A stretch of 64,000 nt of DNA, taken from the IMG/VR virus record IMGVR_UViG_3300042997_001281, positions 181,394-245,393 of that record; one strand, 5' to 3'. Source of the DNA: a virus (taxonomy: Duplodnaviria > Heunggongvirae > Uroviricota > Caudoviricetes). Shown piece by piece: positions 37,616 through 47,172 of the stretch. Within the stretch, counting starts at the first letter, position 1; each line of letters begins with the position of its first letter. A program made the position numbers and the translations under genes. The notes beneath the pieces are model-generated. The model did not search any database and was not told the DNA's origin. It worked only from the letters and a program-made list of their open reading frames with translations.

Positions 37616-38116
37616 ATGGGCACAAACTATTACCATATACCACTTGAGAGTGAGATGGACGAAAGAAAAAAGGTTCTTATCCAACGAGTTATGGATTTAG
37701 ATTTAACTCCGAGTAATATTGAAAGGGGATTCCGCGTAACTAAAGAAGATTCTTGGGACTCTATTTCTGTTTGGGATGATTTTCTCGATGGTACCAATAT
37801 TCATTTAGGTAAACGAAGTGGTGGATGGAAGTTCTGTTGGAATTTTCACAAGGACAAATATTATTCCAATAAGGAAGAACTTTTATCGTTCATTCGTTCA
37901 GGTAGGGTTGTAGATGAATATGGTGAAGAAGAAAATGTTGAAGAGTTTATTACCATGGCACTCGAATGGGGTGAACCCGATGGTTGGGTTGTCAACGAAG
38001 AATATCGTAAAGAACAAAGAGCAAAAGGTCATGGTGCCTTTTGGATGGATAATGAAAAATATGATGATTTAATAATCGATGGACTTCGTGTAAGTACATC
38101 AACAGAATTTAGTTGA
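37616..38116 (+). CDS. Hypothetical protein
   Basis: ATG at 37616. The listed ORF begins at TTG 37544, which runs through the promoter. Confidence 0.5.
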   Translation: MGTNYYHIPLESEMDERKKVLIQRVMDLDLTPSNIERGFRVTKEDSWDSISVWDDFLDGTNIHLGKRSGGWKFCWNFHKDKYYSNKEELLSFIRSGRVVDEYGEEENVEEFITMALEWGEPDGWVVNEEYRKEQRAKGHGAFWMDNEKYDDLIIDGLRVSTSTEFS

Positions 38117-38117
38117 T

Positions 38118-38774
38118 ATGTTAAGGATAGATAATAGTAGAAAGGTTTGGATAACATCTGACACACATTACTCACATACTAATATATGTAGAGGAATTAC
38201 TAATTGGAGAATGCCCGACGGTAGTATTCCCGTTAGTCAAACAAGAGATTTCGCAACTCTTGATAAGATGAACGCTGCGATTGTAAACAACATCAATGAA
38301 GTTGTTGGTCAAGATGATGTGTTGATTCACTTGGGTGATTGGTCATTCGGTGGGTTCGAGAACATTGCGGAATTCAGAAATAGAATCATCTGTCAAGAGA
38401 TTCATATCTTGTTAGGTAATCATGACCATCACATTGAAAGAAATCGTGAAAACTGTAAGAGTTTATTTGCCAGTGTTAGTCACTACAATAGACTTGAATA
38501 CCAAGGTCATTCATTTGAGATGTTACATTACCCAATCACATCTTGGAACAATCTAAGAAAAGGTCGTATCCATTTACATGGTCATTGTCACCTACCTCAT
38601 CACGCTAAGGTTAGTGGTGGAAGAAGAATGGATGTTGGTATGGACGGACATCCCGAGTTTAGACCATATGACTTTGTTCATGAGGTAATGAACCCAATGT
38701 TAAAAGTACCAATTGGTTCTGAGATGGGACCTCTTGACCATCACAATGATGACATGAAAAATGTTGTTGGGTAA
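38118..38774 (+). CDS. Calcineurin-like metallophosphoesterase
   Basis: ITSDTHYSH, LGDWSFGG, LLGNHDHH and GHCH are the DxH…GD…GNH(D/E)…GH motif set. Confidence 0.75.
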   Translation: MLRIDNSRKVWITSDTHYSHTNICRGITNWRMPDGSIPVSQTRDFATLDKMNAAIVNNINEVVGQDDVLIHLGDWSFGGFENIAEFRNRIICQEIHILLGNHDHHIERNRENCKSLFASVSHYNRLEYQGHSFEMLHYPITSWNNLRKGRIHLHGHCHLPHHAKVSGGRRMDVGMDGHPEFRPYDFVHEVMNPMLKVPIGSEMGPLDHHNDDMKNVVG

Positions 38775-38822
38775 TTTGGAAAATTAAAAATTAATTTGTA
38801 TATTTTAAAAAACCAAACAATC

Positions 38823-39170
38823 ATGAAAAAAGTTTTCTCTGAACTAATCAAATCCCCAATTTTACAATCGTTCTTTGTAATGACTGGGGTAATTGGATTT
38901 TTCCAATTTATTATCTTCCCCGGTTTAACCGTGGCAAACACATTGTATAATATTCTTTCGGGTATCGGTGCGGTGTTCGTACTATTATTTGTAATATATT
39001 ATGTTAAGGTAACGTTTTTGGATACCACACCAAAGGTACATCCATTGTTCGAACCTGAACCCGATAAAGAACCTGAAACGGAGTTGGATTATTATCCCGA
39101 AATTGTTTTTGTCAAACCAAAGAAAAAAAGAAAACCAAAAACGGAGGTAATAAATAAACCAAAAAAATAA
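38823..39170 (+). CDS. Membrane protein with a K-rich C-terminus
   Basis: Two TM segments. A promoter-like TTTG…TATATTTT lies upstream at 38775-38810. Confidence 0.4.
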   Translation: MKKVFSELIKSPILQSFFVMTGVIGFFQFIIFPGLTVANTLYNILSGIGAVFVLLFVIYYVKVTFLDTTPKVHPLFEPEPDKEPETELDYYPEIVFVKPKKKRKPKTEVINKPKK

Positions 39171-39176
39171 ACATAA

Positions 39177-40100
39177 ATGGATTACCAGAATTATTATTTA
39201 CAACAAGAAAAGGAACGTCAAGAACGTAAATTACAAGAACAAATAAAAAGAAAAAAAACAATGAAATCAATTATTTTAGGAGTCGTAGGATTTATTCTAC
39301 TTATCACGTTATTCTTCTCATGTGAGAGAATCGATGCAGGACACGTAGGTGTTAAAGTTAATCTTTATGGAACAGGTAAAGGAGTGGATGATGTTACGGA
39401 ATGTACCGGTATGGTGTTTTACAATCCATTAACTACAAAAATTTATGAGTTCCCGATTTACATCCAACACAAAGAATACACCAAGACAGAAGATGCGGAT
39501 AACTCATTTATCGTTAACTCAAAAGACGGTAGTGAATTCCATGTATCCCCAATTGTGAACTATTCGGTTCAACGAGAAAGAGTCCCATTCATCTTCGCGA
39601 AATATCGTAGGTCATTACCCGAGATTGAGGAGGGATTTTTAAAGACCGCAGTGTACGATGCGTTCCGTTTGGCAACCAATAAGTATACCGCAGATGAACT
39701 CATATCAAATAGAGCGGTGTTTGAAGTCGAGGTTCGTAGATTGTTGGAGAGTCAATTACAAAAAGAAGGATTTGTTATTAATCAATTCACTTCTAATTTG
39801 ATTTATCCTGAGACATTTAAAAAGTCAATCGAGGCTAAGAATAATGCCGTACAAAGTTCTTTGATGGCTGAAAATCAAGTTAAAACTGCTGAGGCTCAGG
39901 CTAAGATTAAAATCGCAACCGCCAACGGTAACGCTCAGGCAATGTTAACCGCAGCGAAGGCTGAGGCAGAGGCAAACAGTCTAAAACAAAAGACAATTAC
40001 CCCTATGTTGTTACAACTTGAGTGGATTAACAAATGGAATGGTAAGTTACCCGAAACGATGTTAGGGGACAAAACTAGTTCAATGATAGGTATTAAATAA
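39177..40100 (+). CDS. SPFH/band-7 (prohibitin/HflKC-like) membrane protein
   Basis: N-terminal TM, then IDAGHVGVKVNLYGTGKG (SPFH start) and a C-terminal Ala/Lys/Glu-rich coiled coil. Confidence 0.65.
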   Translation: MDYQNYYLQQEKERQERKLQEQIKRKKTMKSIILGVVGFILLITLFFSCERIDAGHVGVKVNLYGTGKGVDDVTECTGMVFYNPLTTKIYEFPIYIQHKEYTKTEDADNSFIVNSKDGSEFHVSPIVNYSVQRERVPFIFAKYRRSLPEIEEGFLKTAVYDAFRLATNKYTADELISNRAVFEVEVRRLLESQLQKEGFVINQFTSNLIYPETFKKSIEAKNNAVQSSLMAENQVKTAEAQAKIKIATANGNAQAMLTAAKAEAEANSLKQKTITPMLLQLEWINKWNGKLPETMLGDKTSSMIGIK

Positions 40101-40104
40101 TAAC

Positions 40105-40130
40105 AACCCCTCTTCGGAGGGGTTTTTCAT
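40105..40130 (+). terminator. Rho-independent terminator
   Basis: CCCCTC-TTCG-GAGGGG-TTTTT. Confidence 0.7.
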
Positions 40131-40163
40131 TTTAAATGATATTTATATATAAAACAACACATC

Positions 40164-40403
40164 ATGGCTAAAATAGTTAAATTGAGTATTTCAGATATCG
40201 AGAACATCGTAAAAAAGACAATAAAAGAGGCTGAATTCGATGATTTCGATACTAAGGTTCAACCTGAGGAGTTACCGGGTGCTGATAGTTATGAAGAAGA
40301 ACAAGCGGTTCTATTAAGTTTGGCGCAAGACGAAGAAGGTAATTTTTATGTTGTGAAAGACGCACATACCGATAACCCCGAAGTTGTTGCTAAAGGAAAT
40401 TAA
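40164..40403 (+). CDS. Small acidic hypothetical protein
   Basis: ORF of 79 aa. Confidence 0.45.
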   Translation: MAKIVKLSISDIENIVKKTIKEAEFDDFDTKVQPEELPGADSYEEEQAVLLSLAQDEEGNFYVVKDAHTDNPEVVAKGN

Positions 40404-40948
40404 TTCTTTTTCTTTGAATTAATACTATTATTTAGATTCTTTTTAATTTTACTTAGCCCATCTAACATCAATGATGTTGGTTGGGTCTTTTCTTTCTGTA
40501 TGGGTGGTGGAGGTGTAGACTCGAGAACAATCATTTCCATGTTTACCGTATCTATCGTTTTCATCGACATTCTTTGATGTGGTGTACCCGAACCATTCTC
40601 ACGACCATTATCGGACCCACCAAGTGGATTGGTTTGTTGTTTAACCCTACCCTCAAGTGCAATAATCTCACCCATGATTTCTTTTTCTCTTTCAACAATT
40701 GCATCTGTACATTGTCTTTGGTTGGATATAATTTGAGTATTTAATTCAGTTACTCTGTCGTTCAATTCAAGTATTTGTGTGGTTTGAGACTCTACTTTTG
40801 ATTTCAATTCCACATCACTGTAAGTTAACGATTCCACTATTTTTGGACCAATAGAAATGAATGTTATAGACAATAATAATAACAACAGGGCAATAATTCT
40901 TTGACCTTGAGTGAATTTTGATAATATTACAGATATATATTTGAACAT
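40400..40948 (-). CDS. Membrane-anchored coiled-coil protein, possible i-spanin-like or division-related
   Basis: Lone minus-strand gene with an N-terminal TM (IIALLLLLLSITFI), a coiled coil and a Pro-rich tail (PPPPIQ). Confidence 0.45.
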   Translation of the reverse strand: MFKYISVILSKFTQGQRIIALLLLLLSITFISIGPKIVESLTYSDVELKSKVESQTTQILELNDRVTELNTQIISNQRQCTDAIVEREKEIMGEIIALEGRVKQQTNPLGGSDNGRENGSGTPHQRMSMKTIDTVNMEMIVLESTPPPPIQKEKTQPTSLMLDGLSKIKKNLNNSINSKKKN

Positions 40949-40976
40949 TCTATTAATAAATATCTTAATTTAAACT

Positions 40977-41315
40977 ATGGGAAAATCAAAAAAAGGACTG
41001 AATACTAAAGTTGTCACAATATACGACCCTAATAGTTCTGACGAAGCCGAGGTATATGTAAGTTACTCGTGGTACAATGAACCCGAAATAATTGAAGATT
41101 CTTACGGAGACTCAAACTATATTAATCGTGAGGATATCGACATTAAAAATTATGAATCAAACACAGATGAAGACCTACCTGATTGGGTAAGTGAGGATTT
41201 AGTATATGAATCACTAATTGAAGAATTGGAGGACGAACATGTTGATGAGGAGGATGATTATGAAGATGACGATTTTAAAGACGACTTTGGTGATGACGAT
41301 GACGAAAACTGGTAA
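40977..41315 (+). CDS. Highly acidic protein with a D/E-rich tail
   Basis: EDEHVDEEDDYEDDDFKDDFGDDDDENW. Confidence 0.5.
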   Translation: MGKSKKGLNTKVVTIYDPNSSDEAEVYVSYSWYNEPEIIEDSYGDSNYINREDIDIKNYESNTDEDLPDWVSEDLVYESLIEELEDEHVDEEDDYEDDDFKDDFGDDDDENW

Positions 41316-41338
41316 ATAATACTTACCAGTTTTTTTAT
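41306..41338 (+). terminator. Rho-independent terminator
   Basis: AACTGGTAA-ataatac-TTACCAGTT-TTTTTT. Confidence 0.6.
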
Positions 41339-41379
41339 TTAAAAACATTTTTGTATATTTGTAAAAACATCTCTAAAAT

Positions 41380-41868
41380 ATGGGTGATTATAAAATATAC
41401 TGTGACCTTGATGGTGTCCTTATTGATTTCAATAAAGGATATAAGAATTTAACCGGTCACGATTTGGATGGTGAACATCGAAACGATACTAATTTTTGGG
41501 ACCCGATTAATTCTGCCGGTTATGACTTTTGGATTAACTTAAAATGGATGAACGATGGTCACATCTTGTGGGATTTTATTAAACCACATAACCCCTTTAT
41601 TTTATCTGCCCCATCAAGGCAGAATGATTCTCGTGTTGCCAAACATGATTGGGTTGAAAGAGAATTACCTGGCACACAACTTATTCTTAGAAGTGCTAAA
41701 CACAAGAAAGATTTCGCGGAACCAAATTCAATTCTAATTGACGATAGAAAAGATAATATCGATGGTTGGATTGGTGCCGGTGGTATTGGTATACAACACA
41801 CATCCGCAGAGAAAACAATTGAAATATTAACAACCAAATATAATTTTAAAAAAAATGTCGAACAGTAA
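41380..41868 (+). CDS. 5'(3')-deoxyribonucleotidase-like HAD nucleotidase
   Basis: KIYCDLDGVLIDFNKGY resembles the NT5C-family motif (VLVDMDGVLADF). Confidence 0.55.
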   Translation: MGDYKIYCDLDGVLIDFNKGYKNLTGHDLDGEHRNDTNFWDPINSAGYDFWINLKWMNDGHILWDFIKPHNPFILSAPSRQNDSRVAKHDWVERELPGTQLILRSAKHKKDFAEPNSILIDDRKDNIDGWIGAGGIGIQHTSAEKTIEILTTKYNFKKNVEQ

Positions 41869-42046
41869 TTCAAGTTCATCAGGGGGGATAGGTTTCTTCG
41901 GACTGATGTTTTTAATTTTCATGACCCTTAAACTTACGGGTTTTATTGATTGGTCTTGGTGGTGGGTAACCGCACCTTTGTGGGGTGGTTTTGCGCTCAT
42001 TATTCTATTCATCATATTCGTAATGATAATTAAATCCTTAGACTAA
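41855..42046 (+). CDS. Small membrane protein
   Basis: Two TM segments (FFGLMFLIFMTL; LWGGFALIILFIIFVMII). Confidence 0.35.
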   Translation: MSNSNSSSSGGIGFFGLMFLIFMTLKLTGFIDWSWWWVTAPLWGGFALIILFIIFVMIIKSLD

Positions 42047-42672
42047 TGTTATATGTATCAATTGATATCGAAACATCAGGTTTAAATCCTGATATGAACA
42101 ATGTCCTATCTATCGGTGCAATCATCGAAGACACCACTAAGAAATTACCTTACGAGGAACTACCCAAGTTCAACGCAATAGTAATTCAAAACAATATTCA
42201 AGGTTCACCAAGAGCAATCACTATGAATAGTAACATTATCTCTATGATGGGTGAATATCTTGAGGGTAAAGATGAAGTTAGAGAACTATTAAATAATAAT
42301 AGTGGATATAAATTTTATACTGAAGATGAAGTTGTAAAAGAATTCTATTATTTCTTAATCAATAATGGGTATGGGGATGGTTTTATACTGGTAATTAATG
42401 GACAAACTAAACCAATTACAATCAATGTTGCCGGAAAGAACTTTGGTACCTTTGACAAGTTATTCTTAGAAGAGTTGCCGTGGTGGAAGAAATTAATAAG
42501 AACTCGTTCGAGAATAATCGACCCATCAATTTTATTTGTTGATTGGTCAAATGATGAGGCAATTCCCTCACTAACTAAATGTAAAGAACGAGCCAACATT
42601 GAAGGTATTGTTACGCACAATGCACTTGAGGATGCGTGGGACGTAATTGAATTATTAAGAAAGAACTATTAA
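42046..42672 (+). CDS. DEDDh 3'-5' exonuclease (DnaQ/oligoribonuclease-like)
   Basis: SIDIETSGL (Exo I) and HNALEDAWD (Exo III, H-x4-D). Confidence 0.7.
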   Translation: MLYVSIDIETSGLNPDMNNVLSIGAIIEDTTKKLPYEELPKFNAIVIQNNIQGSPRAITMNSNIISMMGEYLEGKDEVRELLNNNSGYKFYTEDEVVKEFYYFLINNGYGDGFILVINGQTKPITINVAGKNFGTFDKLFLEELPWWKKLIRTRSRIIDPSILFVDWSNDEAIPSLTKCKERANIEGIVTHNALEDAWDVIELLRKNY

Positions 42673-42682
42673 AAAATATACT

Positions 42683-43702
42683 ATGTCACGAATTAGAAAC
42701 TTAAAAACAAATCCTGAACACATCATCAACATGATTGACATTGTTGAATTGTTTGTGCCTGAGAAAAAAACAAAATACGTTGAGACATTGATGCGTGTTA
42801 TGAAGAAAACTAAAAATCTTGATGAATACCAAAAAGAAGTTATCGCATCGTACAAAAAGGACTACGGAATTAGTGAGGAGGACCTTAGTGACTTCACACC
42901 ACTACAACTAATGTTTATGTACCGTTTCATTGACATTATGTTTAACCATAATGATTTGAAGTCATTCATGAAGTTTTGTGAGTACAATGAAAGAGGTTTG
43001 ATTGAACAAAGTGATTTGTCTCGTTACAGTACGTTTGATGAGATTATGGTGGCAACTGGTATTGCTGAGGTAAAGACACTTGAGAAAGATTTGGAAAAAC
43101 AAATCAAAGTAATATACTCAGATGATGAGTGGATTGTTCTTAGACCTTTAACTTATCATTCGTCTCGTAAGTATGGTTCATCTACTAAATGGTGTACAAC
43201 TCAAGAGAATAACCCTGAGTACTTTATTCGTTATGCAAAGAGAGGAATCCTTCTTTACATGATTAACAAAGTAACAGGTCTAAAAGTTGCATGTTTTAAA
43301 TCGTTAGACCTTGAACCTGAGTTCTCATTTTGGAATCAAGCGGATACAAGAATCGATTCAATTGAAAGTGAATTACCATTATTCATAATGGAATGTATCA
43401 AAGAAGAAGTTTTTAAGAATCCAGTATCGAACTTATTATTATTAAGTGAGGAAGACTTGAAAAAACAAGAGGAACTTATGAATCGACGAGAAAAATATCT
43501 CATATCTCGTGAAGAACCAATGGAAGTGGCAATGGAATCACCTATGGTTGACGAAGGTCCGACTGATATGGAAGTTACTGAAGAGTCTGCCCTTGATATG
43601 CGCGTAGAAAATCGTTATCACGGTGAACTAACTGTTGGAGATATGAGAGGGGGCACCGCAGCGTATAACACAGGATTTGATATTGGTATGGCTCGAGGTT
43701 AA
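42683..43702 (+). CDS. Hypothetical protein, family A paralogue 1
   Basis: Shares MSR…L(K/E)…, (W/L)(I/V)VL(R/I)PL(T/S)…S(R/K)(K/M)YG(S/A)(S/N)TKWCTTQE with the gene at 58036. Confidence 0.55.
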   Translation: MSRIRNLKTNPEHIINMIDIVELFVPEKKTKYVETLMRVMKKTKNLDEYQKEVIASYKKDYGISEEDLSDFTPLQLMFMYRFIDIMFNHNDLKSFMKFCEYNERGLIEQSDLSRYSTFDEIMVATGIAEVKTLEKDLEKQIKVIYSDDEWIVLRPLTYHSSRKYGSSTKWCTTQENNPEYFIRYAKRGILLYMINKVTGLKVACFKSLDLEPEFSFWNQADTRIDSIESELPLFIMECIKEEVFKNPVSNLLLLSEEDLKKQEELMNRREKYLISREEPMEVAMESPMVDEGPTDMEVTEESALDMRVENRYHGELTVGDMRGGTAAYNTGFDIGMARG

Positions 43703-43742
43703 TATAACCAAAATAGTTTTATAATAAAAATATTAGAATATT

Positions 43743-43773
43743 TTTGGAATATTCGAAAATAAACATACCTTTG
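43743..43773 (+). promoter_or_regulatory. Phage promoter with the conserved palindromic -33 element
   Basis: TTTGGAATATTCGAAA-N7-TACCTTTG, with the ATG at 43778. Confidence 0.6.
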
Positions 43774-43777
43774 TACA

Positions 43778-44326
43778 ATGAAAACATTAATAGTACATCC
43801 GAAAGACAGTTCAACATCATTCTTGGATATTGTCTATAATCCTATACCAAACAAAACAGTAATAACTGGTGGTGTAAGTCAACAAGAACTGATTGAACTA
43901 ATCAGAGAACACGATAGAGTTATGATGATGGGTCACGGTTCACCCGGTGGTTTGTTCTCGGTTGGTACATTCAAAGGGTATGGTCCATACATTATTGATA
44001 AAAACGTTGTACCCGTATTAAGTGAGAAAGACAACTCAGTATTCATTTGGTGTAACGCCGATAGATTCGTTCAACCATTTGGATTGAAAGGTTTCTATAG
44101 TGGAATGTTCATCAGCGAAGTTGGGGAGGCATACTACTGTGGTTTACCCGGTACAAAACAAGATTCCGTTGATGAATCTAACTTTGGTTTCTGTAATATC
44201 TTATCGGAAGTTATTAATGAACCGCAGGATTTGGCATACGAACACGTAATGAGTAAGTATGGTGAAATTGCAGACAACAATCCCGTTGCACTTTACAATC
44301 ACAACAGACTTTATTTAACAAAATAA
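43778..44326 (+). CDS. Hypothetical protein
   Basis: ORF of 182 aa. Confidence 0.5.
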   Translation: MKTLIVHPKDSSTSFLDIVYNPIPNKTVITGGVSQQELIELIREHDRVMMMGHGSPGGLFSVGTFKGYGPYIIDKNVVPVLSEKDNSVFIWCNADRFVQPFGLKGFYSGMFISEVGEAYYCGLPGTKQDSVDESNFGFCNILSEVINEPQDLAYEHVMSKYGEIADNNPVALYNHNRLYLTK

Positions 44327-44327
44327 C

Positions 44328-44534
44328 ATGGGAAAATACATCATCGTAAAAAAAATGGTTTCTAACAAGTTCCACGGAGACGGGGAACCTCACTACATCA
44401 ACATCATTATGAATGATTCACTAGGTGAAGTTGAAGAGTTTGAGTCAGAAGAAGAGGTAAACAAAATGGTCGAGTTATTGAATGCCAATACCGACTCAGG
44501 TCACACTTATTTCGTCAGAAAAATTGTTGATTAA
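44328..44534 (+). CDS. Small hypothetical protein
   Basis: ORF of 68 aa. Confidence 0.4.
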   Translation: MGKYIIVKKMVSNKFHGDGEPHYINIIMNDSLGEVEEFESEEEVNKMVELLNANTDSGHTYFVRKIVD

Positions 44535-44932
44535 TGCCTAACAAAAAAATAAGTCCTTACATATATCCGGGTTTGAAGATTGAATTTTTAGATTCAAGAA
44601 AACATCCGTATTTGAAGAAATCCAAAATGGTTATTACAGAAGAACAAATTTTTGAAATTGTTGGTCGGGATTATGGATTAACAAAAGAACAAATTATCTC
44701 TCGTTCAAGAAAGAGAGAGTGTGTCGAATCAAGACATTTAATTGCGTACATTATTAAAAGAAAGACGAGATTTTCTTTAGCGAAGATTGGTGAGATGGTG
44801 GGCGGTAAAGACCACACAACAATCATTCATTCCATTAGAACGTTTGAAGATTTATTTGGTACTGATTCGGTATTCAGAGAAAGATGTGAAAATGTTTTTG
44901 CTAAAGTGGGAATCGACCCCAAAAGTGTATGA
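44534..44932 (+). CDS. DnaA C-terminal (domain IV) DNA-binding domain protein
   Basis: SRSRKRECVESRHLIAYIIKRKTRFSLAKIGEMVGGKDHTTIIHSIRTFEDL aligns with E. coli DnaA [52 protein letters not shown]. Confidence 0.8.
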   Translation: MPNKKISPYIYPGLKIEFLDSRKHPYLKKSKMVITEEQIFEIVGRDYGLTKEQIISRSRKRECVESRHLIAYIIKRKTRFSLAKIGEMVGGKDHTTIIHSIRTFEDLFGTDSVFRERCENVFAKVGIDPKSV

Positions 44933-45408
44933 AATTATTAATAACATTACTGTTCATCTTACCTCTACAGTTGTTTGGGCAACCATCATCTTTATTGAGT
45001 AGACCGTTTCAAAAGGCGTTCAACTACTCATTATCCTACGGGAATAGAGGTGGTGGTTCGTTCTATTCAGTTGGGTATTCATTATCCAATAGGTACGGAA
45101 TGTCTAATATTGAAATTGGACACAGGAGAATGTCCGCCGGTTTGTATATGGTAAACAACGAACCATTTGTTTTTAACGCATACAGTGATGATGTTTACGT
45201 TGGTGGTAACTATGTTTTTAGACATAAAGACATTAAGAGACTTGTACCAACAATTGGGTTGGGTGTTGATGTTAGGGACTATACTAAAACAATGTTTAGA
45301 GTAAGTGCGGACTATAAACTAACATACCCATTTTATGCTTCAGTAAGTTATGTGAATATGAAAAACGAACATAACTTATTCTGTGGTATAAAACTTTACT
45401 TATATTAA
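44929..45408 (+). CDS. Secreted or outer-membrane protein with a signal peptide
   Basis: MKLLITLLFILPLQLFGQ signal peptide followed by a Y/G/S-rich beta-type sequence. Confidence 0.45.
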   Translation: MKLLITLLFILPLQLFGQPSSLLSRPFQKAFNYSLSYGNRGGGSFYSVGYSLSNRYGMSNIEIGHRRMSAGLYMVNNEPFVFNAYSDDVYVGGNYVFRHKDIKRLVPTIGLGVDVRDYTKTMFRVSADYKLTYPFYASVSYVNMKNEHNLFCGIKLYLY

Positions 45409-45409
45409 T

Positions 45410-45787
45410 ATGAAGATTGCATTGATTGCCCATGATGGGAAGAAGGCGGACATGGTTGCCTTTGTGATGAAGAGATTATATTTCTTCAACCGAGAAGATG
45501 TTGATATTGTTGCCACAGGTACAACAGGTAAACGAATTATGTTTGCTGGCATAACTAAAGTGGACACAGTCAACTCAGGTCCTATGGGTGGTGATGCTGA
45601 AATCGCAGCAATGGTCGCAAGAAAAGAAATGACTGCGGTTATATTCTTTAGAGACCCGTTGGATAGACATCCCCATGAACCCGATGTACAAATGTTAATG
45701 AGAGTTTGTGATGTTCACGAAGTACCATTAGCAACAAACTACGCCACTGCCAAGATGATAGTGGACCAGTTAATCGTTTCCAATTAA
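45410..45787 (+). CDS. mgsA: Methylglyoxal synthase
   Basis: IALIAHDGKK, ATGTTG, SGPMGGDAEIAAMV, IFFRDPLDRHPHEPDV and VPLATNYATA are colinear with E. coli MgsA. Confidence 0.88.
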   Translation: MKIALIAHDGKKADMVAFVMKRLYFFNREDVDIVATGTTGKRIMFAGITKVDTVNSGPMGGDAEIAAMVARKEMTAVIFFRDPLDRHPHEPDVQMLMRVCDVHEVPLATNYATAKMIVDQLIVSN

Positions 45788-45798
45788 ATAAAATAATC

Positions 45799-46212
45799 TT
45801 GAACAAATTGAACTTAATCAACACACACCCAATTAAGAAATCGGATTTAGGATTTCATGGGAACCTCTTCGGGGGCAAACTTACTAGTTGGATAGACTCA
45901 TCAGCTGCATCGTATGCGATGGAGATTTGTCACAATAGACGAATGGTAACCATCTGTATCGATAAATGTATTTTTAAAAAACCAGCAAGAGAAGGTTCGT
46001 TACTTAAAATATATGGTGATGTTGTTAAAATTGGTAACACATCTATAACACTTTACTTGGAGGCAAGGTCGTTCAACGTGTACACACACGAAGAAGATGT
46101 TATACTATCCACCAACATCACCTTTGTTCGTGTTGACGAGGATGGTAACGCAATACCAATTAGTGATAAAGTTCGTGAGAGACTTACTCGGGAACTAAAT
46201 TCTAGAATTTAA
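45799..46212 (+). CDS. Hotdog-fold acyl-CoA thioesterase (YciA/4HBT-like)
   Basis: FHGNLFGGKLTSWIDSSAASYAME…V…IDKCIFKKPAREG. Confidence 0.65.
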   Translation: MNKLNLINTHPIKKSDLGFHGNLFGGKLTSWIDSSAASYAMEICHNRRMVTICIDKCIFKKPAREGSLLKIYGDVVKIGNTSITLYLEARSFNVYTHEEDVILSTNITFVRVDEDGNAIPISDKVRERLTRELNSRI

Positions 46213-46228
46213 AAATATTTTTAATTTT

Positions 46229-46260
46229 TTTTGGATATTCCAAAAACCTTACTATATTTG
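46229..46260 (+). promoter_or_regulatory. Phage promoter, variant palindrome TTTTGGATATTCCAAAA plus TATATTTG
   Basis: Lies upstream of the small ORF at 46285. Confidence 0.5.
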
Positions 46261-46284
46261 TAGTGAAGTTTAAAACTATTCACA

Positions 46285-46449
46285 ATGAATGACCTAAAAA
46301 ATATAAAGAATTGGGTAATTGTCACCGACAATGGTAAAACGTTTTACTACGAAACGTTTGACGAGGCGTTAAGGATGACCAAGATTATCGTTGGTCATTT
46401 AATGAGTAAGGAATATTATGAATTTCATTACAGTAAATTGAACAATTGA
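46285..46449 (+). CDS. Small hypothetical protein (54 aa)
   Basis: ORF not in the track. It follows promoter and -7 elements. Confidence 0.3.
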   Translation: MNDLKNIKNWVIVTDNGKTFYYETFDEALRMTKIIVGHLMSKEYYEFHYSKLNN

Positions 46450-46489
46450 GTTTGGTCCGATGTTTGTTTAACCCTAAAAACCTAAAATT

Positions 46490-47056
46490 ATGTTTTATAA
46501 ATTTGATACAAATACATTAGTGTGGAGGAAAGATTTAAAGAAAACAAAGATTGCATTATCAGTCGTTGTGGTCTTAATGTTCGCAACGTTCCTACTTGGT
46601 AGATTCTATAGGTTCACAACATTAGATGAACATGAAATGGAACTATTGGTTGTTAGTCTCGACCAACAAAAAAATGAATTCACTGAAGATAAATTTGCCG
46701 ATGAACTTAAACGATTGAATGTTCGTTTTCCTCATATAGTAATGGCACAATCTATTCTTGAGACAGGTGCATTTAAAAGTAACATATTCAAAGAGAACCA
46801 CAACTTATTTGGAATGAAACAGGCAACTATTCGAATCAACACCGCTAAGGGTACACAGAATGGTCATGCATACTATGAGAACTGGTATGAATCTGTTTAC
46901 GATTACGCATTCTATCAATGTCGATACCTTTCATCTATTCGTAACGAACAGGAATATTTCACTTACCTCAGTGGTAGTTACGCCGAGTCGGGGGACAAAT
47001 ATGTTACCTCATTGAAAGATGTGATAGAAAAACACAAACTAAAAGAATTATTTTAA
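46490..47056 (+). CDS. Membrane-anchored mannosyl-glycoprotein endo-beta-N-acetylglucosaminidase (FlgJ-type glucosaminidase domain) lysin
   Basis: N-terminal TM (IALSVVVVLMFATFLLG). FPHIVMAQSILETGAFKS…NHNLFGMKQA…YESVYDYAFY matches the glucosaminidase domain. Confidence 0.7.
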   Translation: MFYKFDTNTLVWRKDLKKTKIALSVVVVLMFATFLLGRFYRFTTLDEHEMELLVVSLDQQKNEFTEDKFADELKRLNVRFPHIVMAQSILETGAFKSNIFKENHNLFGMKQATIRINTAKGTQNGHAYYENWYESVYDYAFYQCRYLSSIRNEQEYFTYLSGSYAESGDKYVTSLKDVIEKHKLKELF

Positions 47057-47172
47057 AAATGACTTTAAAAACCAAATAGAATTTGTTATCATTATCATAA
47101 CACTACCCTGAGTATGTGTATCGGTGACTACCGCACTTTCTGTCATATTGGTTAAATTTGTTTTTTAGAATT

